NCBI RefSeq assembly: GCF_037042905.1
Contig: NC_087255.1
Coordinates: forward strand, 26,908,001 to 26,972,000
Reading direction: 5' to 3'
Length of the DNA: 64,000 nucleotides
Origin: Lytechinus pictus
Lineage: Eukaryota
Shown: positions 1-12,500 of the stretch, piece by piece
Layout of the letters: each line of letters opens with the position of its first letter
How positions within the stretch are numbered: the first letter of the stretch is position 1
Program-made: the position numbers and the translations under genes
Notes under the pieces: generated by a model
What the model was told of the DNA's origin: nothing
The model's database searches: none
Seen by the model: the letters and a program-made list of their open reading frames with translations, nothing else

Positions 1-829
1 TCTTTTTGCTTATCTCTTCTTTTCCTTCTAGGTCAGACCATTTACTGAACTTCTATATTGTTAGCCATTGTAGTCGTTACCTCATTTTGATAATGTGCAT
101 TGTATGTTTTGTGTGTGTCTAAACAGGACCGTGATGTAAAACAGCCTCGGCTGATCATGTTTCATCTTTATCCTAAATAAATACGTTACAATAAAATAAG
201 ATAAAATAATTGCATATTTTTTCAGGTTATTTTTTCAGGTTACATTATTGTTGGGTCATCAGCACTTTTCCTTTTTCATCATTCATGTATTTAATAGGCC
301 TCTAAGGTCAACTAGTTTAATGCTAAATATTCAATAGAGATACTCAGTATGGAAAATGATTGTGTTTGATACGCATGGGTTTTCCTTTTTATGGCGATTG
401 AAGAAACGTTTGCGATGCAGTCACACCGAATCCAAACCGACTATTGTGATTCTTCATTGGGAACAAGGCAATTACTTCGGATCGGTCTGTGACCTTGGTT
501 AATTTGTGTGACTGCGTAGTATTATAGTGTTGGATGGCCCCGGTAGATGGCCAAATACAATACTCCGCATAGGTATAGGCCGAGCTAATCTGAAATCAGC
601 TCAGTGCCACGTTTTAAACATGTACGCCCGGCATGTAAGGTACTTTTGTAAAAATACAAATGTTTCATTCTTATATAATTATATAGGGCCTATACAAACA
701 AATACAGAGAACTGTAGAACAAATTTGCCATACATCATGCTGGAGTGTCACTTGTCTTTTGTGATCAAGAAATTACGTTTAATCTTATTACAGCTACATT
801 TATACACTTTAGTAAAAGAAAGCACTTAC

Positions 830-881
830 CAGTGGTATGTATTGCAGCAGCAAACATGAGAGAGAACAGAATGGAATCCAT
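830..881 (-). CDS. Probable first coding exon (signal peptide) of a secreted or membrane protein gene continuing off the left edge
   Basis: Minus strand ATG GAT TCC ATT CTG TTC...ACC ACT G|gtaagt = MDSILFSLMFAAAIHTT(G); hydrophobic, phase-1, perfect donor. Confidence 0.55.
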
Positions 882-1228
882 ATTGGTGATATTATAGTGC
901 CTCTATCAATATTATGGTTGATTTTAGCAGACATCATAATTAGATCAATATAGTGTTGACATCTTAATAGGACGTGGTTATCCAAACTAAATGATCAGCT
1001 TCACTTGTTTGGGTACAAACTCCAGCTGCATTACAAATAACTCATTTGTTCACTGAACCCCGACGAGGAAAGCAAAGAGCTATACAGTCACGAGTTACTA
1101 TTTAATGTGACACCCTCAGATATGTAAATTGTTGAGATAGGAAAGTATATAACAACTTTCATTATCCAAACGTTCAAGCTCGGTGAATTCCAAACTAAGG
1201 GTTCGATTGACATGATTGGGGAGTTTGG

Positions 1229-1800
1229 GTAGTAAAGTAAAACATAGTAAAGTGAAGTGAAATAAGTAGGGTGTATGATATGACGTTTCGTGAAGTGAAT
1301 TAAATTAAGTAGTAAAGTTAAGTCAAGTGAAATGAGATGACATGAATTACAGTATAGAAGTAAATTGAAGTGAGATGAAATGAAGTGAATTAAGTGAATT
1401 AAAAATGAGGTTAAGTAAATTTAAGTGAAATTAAGCATAGTATAGTAAGGTTAAGTCAAGTAAAATGAAGTTGAATGAATTACAGTAGCCATTGTAGTAA
1501 AAAAATTGAAGTGACATGAAGTGACGAGACCTAAAATGAAGTGAAGTGAAGTAAGTTAAGTGATAAAGTAAAGAGAAGTGAGGTGAAATGAAGTTATGTG
1601 ACGTGAAATGAAGTAAATTAAATTAAAATAAAATGAAGTAAAGATAAGTGAAATGACGGGGAAAGAAGAAACTTAAAGTGACGTGAAATAAAACGTAATG
1701 ATGTGACATAAAGTAAATAGTGAGGTAACGAAAAGTAGAGCAAATTAGGCTAAAGTAAAAGAGTAAATCAAACTGTAGTATGGTAAAACAAAGTAACAAA
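1229..1800. repeat. Degenerate pentamer satellite (AAGTG/AAATG/AAGTA)n
   Basis: About 570 bp of aagtg/aaatg/aagta units. Confidence 0.85.
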
Positions 1801-3170
1801 AATACACCAAATGAAAAATATCGGCCTTTATGTTACTGGAATTTATTTGTTCTTGTCAAATTCTCAAGGTGGCTAATGTTGGTTTTTTTCTTTTTCCATG
1901 TTTAACTGTGTTTGTCGACGACAATCAGCCTTTTTATTGACAATTTGATCCCTCTCAAAAATCATGTACTGGCTTCAAGCTGAATGTGATTTTCATATTT
2001 GGATAGACCAAACTGTTTTTGTTTAATTCCCAACCTTTTTTTTCGACAAATTTTCCAGGAGTTTAAAATCTTTCTATTTGATAGATGGTCATGAGGTTTT
2101 CTATTTTTATAGATTACGCCTTTATTGTTTATCTTTACAAGATTTTAGATATCTATTGATTTCATTTTCTTTCTCATTTTCAACCAATACCATAATATGA
2201 AGTACAATCATTGACCAATAATGATACTGAATATCAATTACAACATTCAAAGAAAATTGAACCACTTACATAAAACCAGGGGTAGTAATAAGTGGTGACA
2301 GTGTGACTAAAGGTAGCGTCATATTCTTCTCTATTGAACAATAGGGGTATTTTAGAAAAAGGAACTACCCAAGAATCCCTTTCGTCTTTATTAATCCTTC
2401 TCCCTCTTCAGTTTTCTTCTTTTTACTCATCCTTTTCCCCCACTAATTTAAAAATAATAGAGGACGATCGGCCCTGCAAGACTGTCACCGCCCCTGCATG
2501 TAATTGAAAATGAAATCGGAATCAGCCAGGAAGCGGAGGGAGGTTGTTGAAGGCCTCGATCATTGATAATCCCTTATGTCATTATTTTTTTACATCACTT
2601 TCGAACAGTATCCATTTAGTATATGATGCAATTTTTAAATAAACAATTAACATCTAGAAATTTCTTGCGTCCATTCATGTATCTACAATTAGTTGCATAT
2701 ATGAGGGGGGGGGGGTGCAGAAAATGCAGTATAGGGCAAAGTTGCGAGGCTGCCCATTTTCCTTAAAAATCATACTTTGTTATAGATTTTGATAAAATAT
2801 TCTAAAAATTAATTAATATTTAATCTTTTCTATCTTTCCATTCTTTGTTGTTATTGGCCGTGGATCATTATTATTATCATTTTCCCCCCTATTTTTTTTT
2901 TTTTTTGGGGGGGGGGGCAGGTGCCCCATCCCCATTAACACGACATAAAATCATAATTATGCATCAAATCTAGGCGGCAAGATTTTGTTGGAATTCATGG
3001 TATTGGTAGATTTAATAATAATAATGGGTTGTATATTCTTATAATCAAACTTATTTAAATATTTATGTATTCTATAAAATTCATATTTTTATATTTTAAT
3101 ATTATTGCCATTTCACGATTCAATTAATTTTTGACAACTTTATGAGATAAGAATCATAAGGAAAAGAGTA

Positions 3171-3429
3171 CACTGTAAAATATTGGGTAAAATTTTTACT
3201 ACCACGAGGGTAATTATTATGTCCAACAAATTTGGGGCAGTATTTTACCCAATGCGGGAAACATATTGTCCAGTAAGGTTTAAAAAATAAGCCAGCAATT
3301 ACTTTTGAATGGGCAAAATTTTCATCACACTGGATGAATGAAAATGCCCAAAAGAAATGCCCAATGTTGGTTGGACACATAATTACCCTTATGGACGATG
3401 GAGCACTTTTAACCAATATTTTTAGAGTG
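3171..3429. mobile_element. Non-autonomous CAC...GTG (EnSpm/CMC-like) MITE
   Basis: Termini CACTGTAAAA...TTTTAGAGTG, flanked by TA on both sides. Confidence 0.6.
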
Positions 3430-4925
3430 TAATTTTTAATTGGTGAAGAATGGCACTCCATTTAAAAGTATGTTAAAGTTAATCCAGGTTGAACTTAACT
3501 ATGGCTATTAGACTACCACCCAATTTGGTTAGCTTCTATTTTATAGGTGATTAGTGGGAGCGGACGTAGGAGAGAAACAACTTTAATCGTAATAATGATA
3601 AATACAGCAGGGATGACACCACCGAAGGTAAGGGCGACTGCTCCCTATGATTTTCAAATAGTGAAAGGAGAAAAGAAGAGAAAATGGGAAAAGATGGAGA
3701 AAGGGAAAGAAGAATGAATAAGTATATTAAGCAGGAGAAGTCAGGGCAGTATAATATCCATATTAATTCAATTGAGAATAATATGACACAACATTAGTTC
3801 TGTCCTTCCCCCTATCAACATTTTCTGACGCAGCCCATGAATATATATGTGGTCGCATGTCATAAGGTGGTCCAATTTCGCGAACAGGGTAAAAATTGTC
3901 AAAAAATTTATTCTTTGATATGTTATAGTTATTACCATTCTCTAAAGAATGAGAAAGTTTTAAGTCTCGAATACCTTTATTTTTCCTTAAAATGACTAAT
4001 TAACAGCTAATTATTACATAGACGTCAATGTAAATGTGAATTTTGAAATGTGTTTTTCTCAAATTGGACCTGCTGCACATAAAATGGTGTCAAAAGTTAA
4101 TGCAACATTGGATCACCCTAGTATTTTGCAGTTATAATCTTGAAATATTAACAATTAAATCTGTACCAAAAATCGAATAATCATCTATTATTTCATGCAT
4201 ATTAATTATACTAATTAATCAACAGTATTTAATTTCACATTTTTGCCCCCAAAATACCTGTCACTGCATTTATATGCTTGGCAAAATGACAACATCATGG
4301 GTAGAAATGTTTGTTGCAATGATACACAACATTTGTACTAAAAATTAAGATTACAAAGTAGATAATTAACCAAATCTCTCCGGTTTACTAATTGATAAGG
4401 TTGCAGATCAGAGCTGACATACACATGTATTCCATTGCTGCATATTTTCAAAATTGTCAAATTTTTATGACATTTAGTTGTTCCCTGCTTTAAAACACCC
4501 AGAAATATGAGGATAACAGTCATATTACATATTATAGTAAGTTGTTAATTAGGTTTAATTAATATTTTATCATTTACCGCATCCACCGGCTCCGCCAAAC
4601 CTGTTACTTCAAACTTAATGTGCTATAGTTTTTGTTCCTGATATTGTATTGATCTAATTCATAGTAATATATTTAGCCTATAGTTCTAGCTTCAAAATAA
4701 GATATTACTCAATAAATTTGGTCAAGATGCTGTGATGTAGCAACAATTTATCCATGGCACCGTGTGGAAAATTGTTCATACGCCACCCTTTTTGCATACC
4801 CAACTTATGAAATGCGACCCTATCATACTCGAATTTTAGGCCTGTATACAAATAATATTCAACGAATAGTTCATTCATTACAAATTGTTTTATTCATTTT
4901 CCTTTTCAATGAATGTCGATACAAT

Positions 4926-6534
4926 CATGGGTGTCGATCGGTATTCTTGGTTGGGGGGGATGATTGACACAAATGTTCTTGTGGATGGGGATCTTTCAAC
5001 ATTACCCCAACTAAAATCACAAGTTAGGACATTTGGGAGTGGTTGATCTGCATGGTGTTCTTGCAGTGGCGTACCGTGAGTCACGGCATTGGGGGGGCAC
5101 CAGCAAATTTTTTGAGTCACTTAGCAAGCGCGCGAAGCGCGCTCAGTTGCCAGGTATACTGACCTAATATAGGGACATTTTAAGGACAGTGCCATTAAAC
5201 GGATATGTATCTCACTGCTCAAATAATGCGAGCGCAAAGCGCGAGCTGAAAATTTTTGATATGCAGACCAAAAAAGGACATTATAAGCAAATTTTTGTAA
5301 TCATGATACATACCTGTCTTGCTAAACAAACAATGCGAGCGCGAAGCGCGAGCTGAAATTTTTGTAAATATTGACCCCAATGCCCCCCCGTAGTTACGCC
5401 ACTGTGTTCTTGGAAATTCTTTCATTGTTGCAGTGTACTGTACTTATATAATTTAAAATTCAATTTGTGTTACAAGTAAGCCTATTCTAAACTCATACGA
5501 AAGAAAAAATGACAAAAATTGTCTGGACCATGTACAAAGTGATCTGTTTATTGAACATGATGTATACAACTTCTCTTTTAAATCTAACCCGACTGGCATT
5601 ATCTTTTTTCTTCTTAATGCATGATGATAAAATGCAGATTCGGACAAATTAAGACTAGCACAGATTACAAACTGTGTGGCTTCTCGTGCGCCATCGGGCC
5701 CCGCATCGGGCTTACCGTCATTCCTTAGACGATTTTAACCATGGATTTTAACATGTTTTAAATGCTTTATAAGTGCATGAAACAAAAACAAACATAAAAA
5801 CAATCAAAACTCAACTGTCATGTTATGATATTTCTCCCAACATTTTCTTGAACCATCAGTGTGTAATATCAGCTAATATATGTGTTAAAATGAAATTTAC
5901 GTACCGCATGAGTGTGCTCATATAGAATGCAAAACTGTCATCCCTTTCCAAACTCAAAACAGATTTCTTTTTGCCAAAATAAGAAAAAATCAATCAAGTT
6001 TAGTTATTCAAGTCCATAACAATAACAAGAATAACATGGAAAAAAAACATCCGATGTTCATATCCGAAGATACGCTTTAGAGAGAAATGAATGATTATTC
6101 TTTCTGAAACCATTAATTGATTTCACTTATTAAAAAATTGTAAAAATATGATCATATTACCACTGGTGGGATGGAACACCCTATAAACAAAAGTTGTTTT
6201 TCGTCAGGGTCCTTTTATGTCATGTGTTAAAAAATATCATATACATAAACATTTCATTCTTTTTCATCTTGAACCTCCACCCATCTGTTTAAAAGTCCTG
6301 GAAAATAATGTTTTTATTTAATAACAATATACACAAATTGCGAGGGAAACAAACTGATTGATGGCATACTATAATCATCACTATAATCATCATGATCAAA
6401 CTTTTCATTTTTTCATCATCATTATTATAAATTTTCTACCCTAAATTATCGGGGGGATGATAATACAGGCCATCCCCCCCACTTGAAATATTGGGGGGAT
6501 ATATCCCCCCATCCCCCCGTGATCGACACCCATG
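4926..6534. mobile_element. Non-autonomous hAT-type DNA transposon, 1.6 kb
   Basis: TIR CATGGGTGTCGATC / GATCGACACCCATG; 8-bp TSD GATACAAT at 4918-4925 and 6535-6542. Confidence 0.85.
5064..5404. mobile_element. hAT-type MITE nested in the 4926-6534 element
   Basis: TIR CAGTGGCGTA / TACGCCACTG; 8-bp TSD TGTTCTTG at 5056-5063 and 5405-5412; internal GCGAGCGCGAAGCGCGAGC repeats. Confidence 0.85.
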
Positions 6535-7743
6535 GATACAATGTACACAAACAAATTTGCGAGTATGATTTTTAAATCAGAGTAGAAACACTACCCGATC
6601 ACCAATAGTCTACATTTAAGACAAAATATAGAAATATCAGAGCATGTTTATTTGGATCTGCTGATAATGTTGATCACACTGTGAAATTAATATGACACAT
6701 CACGAAATTATTCAGGCTATATAAAAATAAGTCTTATCAACCAGATATAATGTTGTTTTAAGTTTAATGGGAATGTCCACTCCGGCACCAATTTTATTTC
6801 AATAAAAAGAGAATAATAAACAAGCATGGTACGATTTTTTTGCGGGGGCCAGACATTGCGTATTGGGCGAATTTTTTGAAAAGCTATACAAGCGATCAAA
6901 TATTTTGATTTTTCTCAATACACGAAACCAAATTTTGTGGTAGATTTTGACCGTAGTTTTAAAGAAAATGATACATCATTTTTAACCCTTTCCCCTTTCC
7001 TTTTTTTTCTCCCCCTTTCCATTGAAATGGCCCCAGTTTAAATCGCTACTCCCTTCCATTCACCAGTGCAGCGAATGAAGGCGGTGATAATGTTACCATT
7101 ATCTTTCTTTTTAAATTTCAAATTACATTCGAAATCGGCACTATTAGAACTATGGAGTGATTTAGTCATTCAAGAGAGCTTCTTATCAATAATATATATA
7201 ATTTCATTTTCGTTTCATAAATACAAAATAAATGGTAAATCACTGAAAGTGTGCTGGCATCAGCTTTCTAATTTGCATAATGATAAATAATAATAATAAT
7301 CACACTTTGTATAACCGTTTCGTGAAACTAAGAAACACTAAAATGTCATTATTTTGTTACGAGGTTACAAATGATTTTCATCTTATTTATTATGCTAGCT
7401 AAATGTGTTTGGTTTAATTTATTCATATTAATTTGATAACAAGAGCCCCTGTGGCCCAGGCTGTATCCGTGCCTGAAATATCAACTCTTTTCTTAACGTC
7501 GTTTATAAACCCATATCATTTTATTTTGTCTTGTATACTTTTTCAGTGTTCACAAAGAGAAAGATAGAGGATGGTGCATCCTTCAGAGCAACGGCACTAA
7601 CTGTAACCCTCAGTCACCTTTTCTCAGTGAAAAAGGGTTCACGACATTATTTAGAGGTTGGTTTGCAGGGTGCGTATGTGTATTATCTATTTTTTTGCAT
7701 AATTACAATGTATCATCAAAATATACAATATAAGTTTGATTAA

Positions 7744-8606
7744 TCCTAAAAGGACTGGGCTATTTGAGATGTATTGAGGACGGGGTGGGGGGCATGATGC
7801 CCCCTCTGATGTCGGCCGCCGTTCGCGCGATTGCGTCAAAATTTGGCACGCACATTCTTTACCACATAAACTACAAGCCAGTATTAAAAAAAAAAAAACC
7901 AAGAAATATATATTTTTTATTAATTATGAATGAAATATGCAAATTTAGTTGTGAAAAACATTATTCGCATACTAGTATTTACTATTTATTAGTACATACT
8001 AGAATTTTTATCACCCAATTTCACTTAAACTTTTCACCATTTCCCATACGTCATCTATGTAATCTTATTTAAAGGTTTCCACAAAGAAAAATTGTGAAGG
8101 CCAAATTTTTTCTTATATATTTCTTTGTATTAAAAAATTTTATGTATTAACTTATGTAATATCTAAATCAAACCCTAAATTCATTCAGCAGACCAATTAG
8201 AAAGAAAAATAATCACCTTTTCATGAATTTTATCTCCCATAGACTTTGTACACAAAGTGTAAAAAATAGCCATTTCGGCATCACATTAGCTCATTAAAAG
8301 TCACGTGGCGTCGCGATACTTACCCGTATGTCACGAATCTGGGTTCCGTTTCATAAACACTTAATTATTATAGTAACAAATGCACGATTTCTTTAACAAA
8401 ATTCAATCAACCAATCAGATTGAAGGATTTCAGTAGCTTTAAACTGTTATTGCAAAACTGTTATTATAACAAGTTTTATGAAACGGGCAACAGGTCTCAA
8501 AAGTTGCGTGAGACTTGAAAGAAAAAAGTCATAATATTTTTTTTGCGTTTCCGAAATATATTACGAACCGTTGGGAGGGGGCATCATGCCCCCAGTCCTT
8601 TTAGGG
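7744..8606. mobile_element. piggyBac-like MITE (TTAA target)
   Basis: TTAA|(t)CCTAAAAGGACTGGG ... CCCAGTCCTTTTAGGG|TTAA; related to copies at 36361, 37182 and 40748. Confidence 0.75.
8342..8490. mobile_element. CWG-target MITE (PIF/Harbinger-like) nested in the piggyBac-like MITE
   Basis: CTG|GGTTCCGTTTCATAAA ... TTTATGAAACGGGCAA|CAG; the relative at 37801 is uninterrupted at this point. Confidence 0.6.
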
Positions 8607-8739
8607 TTAAAGGGCCACAACACATTTTTTCAATGACATGTATACAAATAGGGCAATATAATAGAATAAAACTTTCAGATATATACAATCTTTATAACTA
8701 ACATAAAGCTAATATTTTCTAAACTGCTGTTTTGGGGCG

Positions 8740-9532
8740 CTACATATTCGAGTATGGAGACTTTACAGGCTTGTTTAAATCGTCCTTCACGTTGTTTACT
8801 TTGCCAAGTTCGTGTGACTTCACAGCCTTCACATTCTTGCGACCATCAGATACACCACCGACAAGCGAAGTACCTTCATCCTCGAGACTCCTTTGCTTGG
8901 ACATGTTGGACAAAAGTTTGCTTTTATCATTATGCATCATCACGCCGCCATTTGCAGACGACGCAGTCCCATCTGCGCGCGTAGTTTTACTCGGTGCAGG
9001 CGTTGTCGGTATCGGTGGTGGCGGGAACTTGAAAAGTGGCTTGCTGCGTTGCTCGTTGTTTTGCTTCTTGGGGCGGGCGGGGGCAACAGGCTGCTTCGTC
9101 GCGGAAGAGTTGGAAGACGATCTCGTCACTGCCGGCTTCGTTACCGGCTTATTACACATTCCCGTGCTAGGCTTTTCATTCGTGTTGACAGTCTGCTTCT
9201 CGCTCTGCTTCGCGGCCTGGTTGTCGACCTCCTTGTCGGTTTGTCTTTCATACTGAGACTCTGGTTCTTGATTTCCATTGGTCGTTGGAAACGGAAGTGA
9301 CGTCGTGATGGACAAAGGAGACCGTGCGATCTCTGTTGGGGTTGGTGGAAGCGCCATATTGGCTCTGGAGGCTTTGATGAGATGATCCGTGCTGAGGACA
9401 GAACTGGACCGTCGTGGTGATGGCATGGGAGAAGGGCCACCGGTCATTGTAAGGTATGCTGACGGAACTGTCTCCAAGCGAGATAAGTTTGAGATTTCAT
9501 AGAGACTCTCAACCCGATGCTGTCTCTTGTAC
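8740..9532 (-). CDS. Receptor last exon: Pro/Ser/Thr-rich cytoplasmic tail
   Basis: tag|G TAC AAG AGA...; RYKRQHR stop-transfer cluster; ends KSPYSNM*. Confidence 0.85.
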
Positions 9533-12500
9533 CTATTCCATATCAAGAAGAGTGAGAGAAAAAACAAAGATTATTCAAACCCCACTTCAGAGCTTTGGAA
9601 ATGATGATGCCATTTCTGCAATGTCAAATAATATCACTTAATTTTTAGGCCAAAAGGCTTGAGTTTGAAGGATTCATTCTTATAACGCAAAATGAACTTT
9701 AAATATCTGTGTTATTGTTGATTTGAGAAATTAAAGACACCCGACATATTTTGAAAGGCCTATTAAAATGTTCAACTTGCATTTAAGAATGTTCTTACTG
9801 TATGTAAAATCAACGTTAATTATTATGATTCAATGTTACTTTTTCATTAATCAATAATCGCCTAGATTATCAGTTCGATCTTTTTGCATCAACTGTATTT
9901 TTTTAGAGTGTCTATCATAATAAGTTCTATTGGTGTAGGTACACGGTTACACACTACTAGGTTCTTTATACTTATGTACTACTTAGTAAAATGAATATTC
10001 TATCCTTTGGAAATGTACCAACATGAATTGGATTTCGAAATATTCGTCACTTTGGACATGAGTTGTGCTTTCAAGTATACGTTAACGTATGCTTACCGTA
10101 TCAATATGTATATTGCAAAGATGAAGACAGCTACACCAATAACGACAAGAGCAGACCCGATTCCGATGACGGTGTATGAATGTGTATTAGCCGAGCGATA
10201 GGCACCTTCAATGAAAGGGGTGAAAACAAATCTTACGTGACGATGTAACAATAAAGAGTTACTATTATTGATCTACGTTAGATGTTGAAGGGTTGGTCAG
10301 GCCTAGGGAGCGTTTCATGAAATGACTCGTCGGACGCATTATCCGACAGTTGCCATAGGAACTGAGCGTCCCAGCCAATCAAAAGCAAGGAAAGTTGTCA
10401 GATCAGACAACTTGTCGGATGAAAATGTTGATAAAAGGCTCCCCTGATCTCCAGACGGAAAATACACATCAATTTTGAAATAGGATTTGAAGTAGAATAT
10501 TTCACCTTAAAACAATAAAGGTGTTAAATTCAGCACTTGCATGGGAGCTCGTATATTTACTGCAAATCATGGTCCTGATTTTCAGCTTTTCGATGCTGAA
10601 ACATCACGTGACATGCTACATGTCGTGCTAAAAATCAGCACCCCTAATTGCAGTTACTATGGCAGGGGGGGGGGATGAGGTCGTATAGTAACTTCAGTAA
10701 ATGTTGATAATAATTTTCGTTCAATGAATTTGATATTGACCCTAAACTAGCAGTTTTCAGCGTCCTTTGATCTCAATGTATCCTAGTCATTTCATTTTCT
10801 AACGTCATTTTCCAATTTTTTTGCACCCTTAAACTGTCTCTTAAGAATAGTAGCCGTCCCTACAAAATCTATAACAAAATGATGATGTTTCTTACCTGTA
10901 AGCGAAGCACAAGGTATATAATGGGAGTCCCATTGGCCATACTGGTTGCAGGTCCATGAAGTCGACCCTGGCCCGTCCGTACAGGACACGATCACCACTT
11001 CGTTATACGAGTAAGAAGAATGAGGGGAGACGAAATGGGCACCTGGGGGCAGATTGTCTGGTAGTGTGCAGTTCACCTCTTCAAACAGAAAAAAGGGCAG
11101 ATTGAAACATTTTGACACCAGTTCCTGTTTTCTAATCACAATCAAATAGAAGCCCTGCTGATACACATTATGATGAAGTTATGAATAGTGATAGAACAGA
11201 TTGTATACCGGTTATTATAATCATAAACGAAATTTATCAGCGGTGGAACCAAGATTTCAAAGAAGAGGGACAACCATAGCAACAGGAATATCTGAAAATT
11301 GTTGTTTAGGTAGGCCGATCCCTTTATTTAAACTCAAACTAACTTTGTCCAAAAAAAAAATTCGTTGCTTTTTCAGAAATTGTAAGAAGAAGACTTGATT
11401 ACTCTGACCCTAAGTTGGGGCTTTAAGAGGAGAATATGTTCAAAATATGTTCACAATCAACAACACCATTCACTCGTATCCAACACGAAACTCTGACAAA
11501 TTTCATCTCACAAATCCAAAACTAATAATAGCACACAAATCAATTAGACATTACGGTGCAGATTTATGGAACAATTTATCACCTGAAATTAAGTTATGCT
11601 CTACACTTTATTCATTCAAGGCTGTTTTGAAGAGAAATACACTGTTAAAATATGATACCTAAAATTTCTGTGTGTTACGTACCAACCGATATTACAATCC
11701 CCCCCCCTCCCCTGCACTTGCACTCTCGCACACTTTAACTTTTATCAACATGATTATAACTTCCTCATTTTACATTTTCTTTCCCTATCTACTTTTTTGG
11801 TAATATTTCTATTTTGTGCAATAAAAGATAAGTCTCTTTTATTGCACTATTTGTCTGATTTTCCTTCCCCTTTCCTTTTGAGGCCTTTATCAATTTCAAG
11901 CTCTAAGCTTAAGATGAAGGTCTCCCACATTTCAAAATGTATTAATGTTGATATATGTATATATACATTTTTTTTCTGCTATTTTTTTTTTAACACTAAA
12001 AAAAGAAGAAATTTATCAGGTATAAGTATGTTTCAATTAGATTGTATATTATGCATATGTTATTAATTATATCATTTGCTTATTATGTTATGCTAAGAAA
12101 AAAAATGATTACACTTGTATATGCTTTTTTTTGGAATGTGGAAATAAATAAATCAAATCAAATCAAGGTATGGCTGTGTGCCCCTCTCCCGATCAATGTG
12201 CGTCTAAACCCATATTATATCCTCTTAAACCATCATCAATAATTTATTGTCTATGCTAATTTGTTATATTTTATCACTGAGTGACACGGTTTTGGGACAC
12301 CAGCATCAGGGTTATTATAGCCTCAGACCATTCTTATAATAAACTATTCAATTGATGATTATTATGATTCATTTTTGTTAAATTTAGAGTTGATCTCGAC
12401 GGCATACCTTGGTCGCAGAGCTTGCCCATAAAACCTGGTGTGCATATGCAGTGGAAGGACTCTCCTGAATCGACGCAGGTTCCTTTATCACATGGATCAG

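Noticed and set aside
3849-4820. Possible 1-kb TIR element (GGTCGCAT.TCATAAG ends)
   Set aside because: The inverted match is short and no clean TSD is visible; likely an old element but boundaries cannot be supported.
8732-9300. Plus-strand ORFs of 174 and 135 aa
   Set aside because: Antisense shadows of the GC-rich receptor tail exon; no independent motifs.
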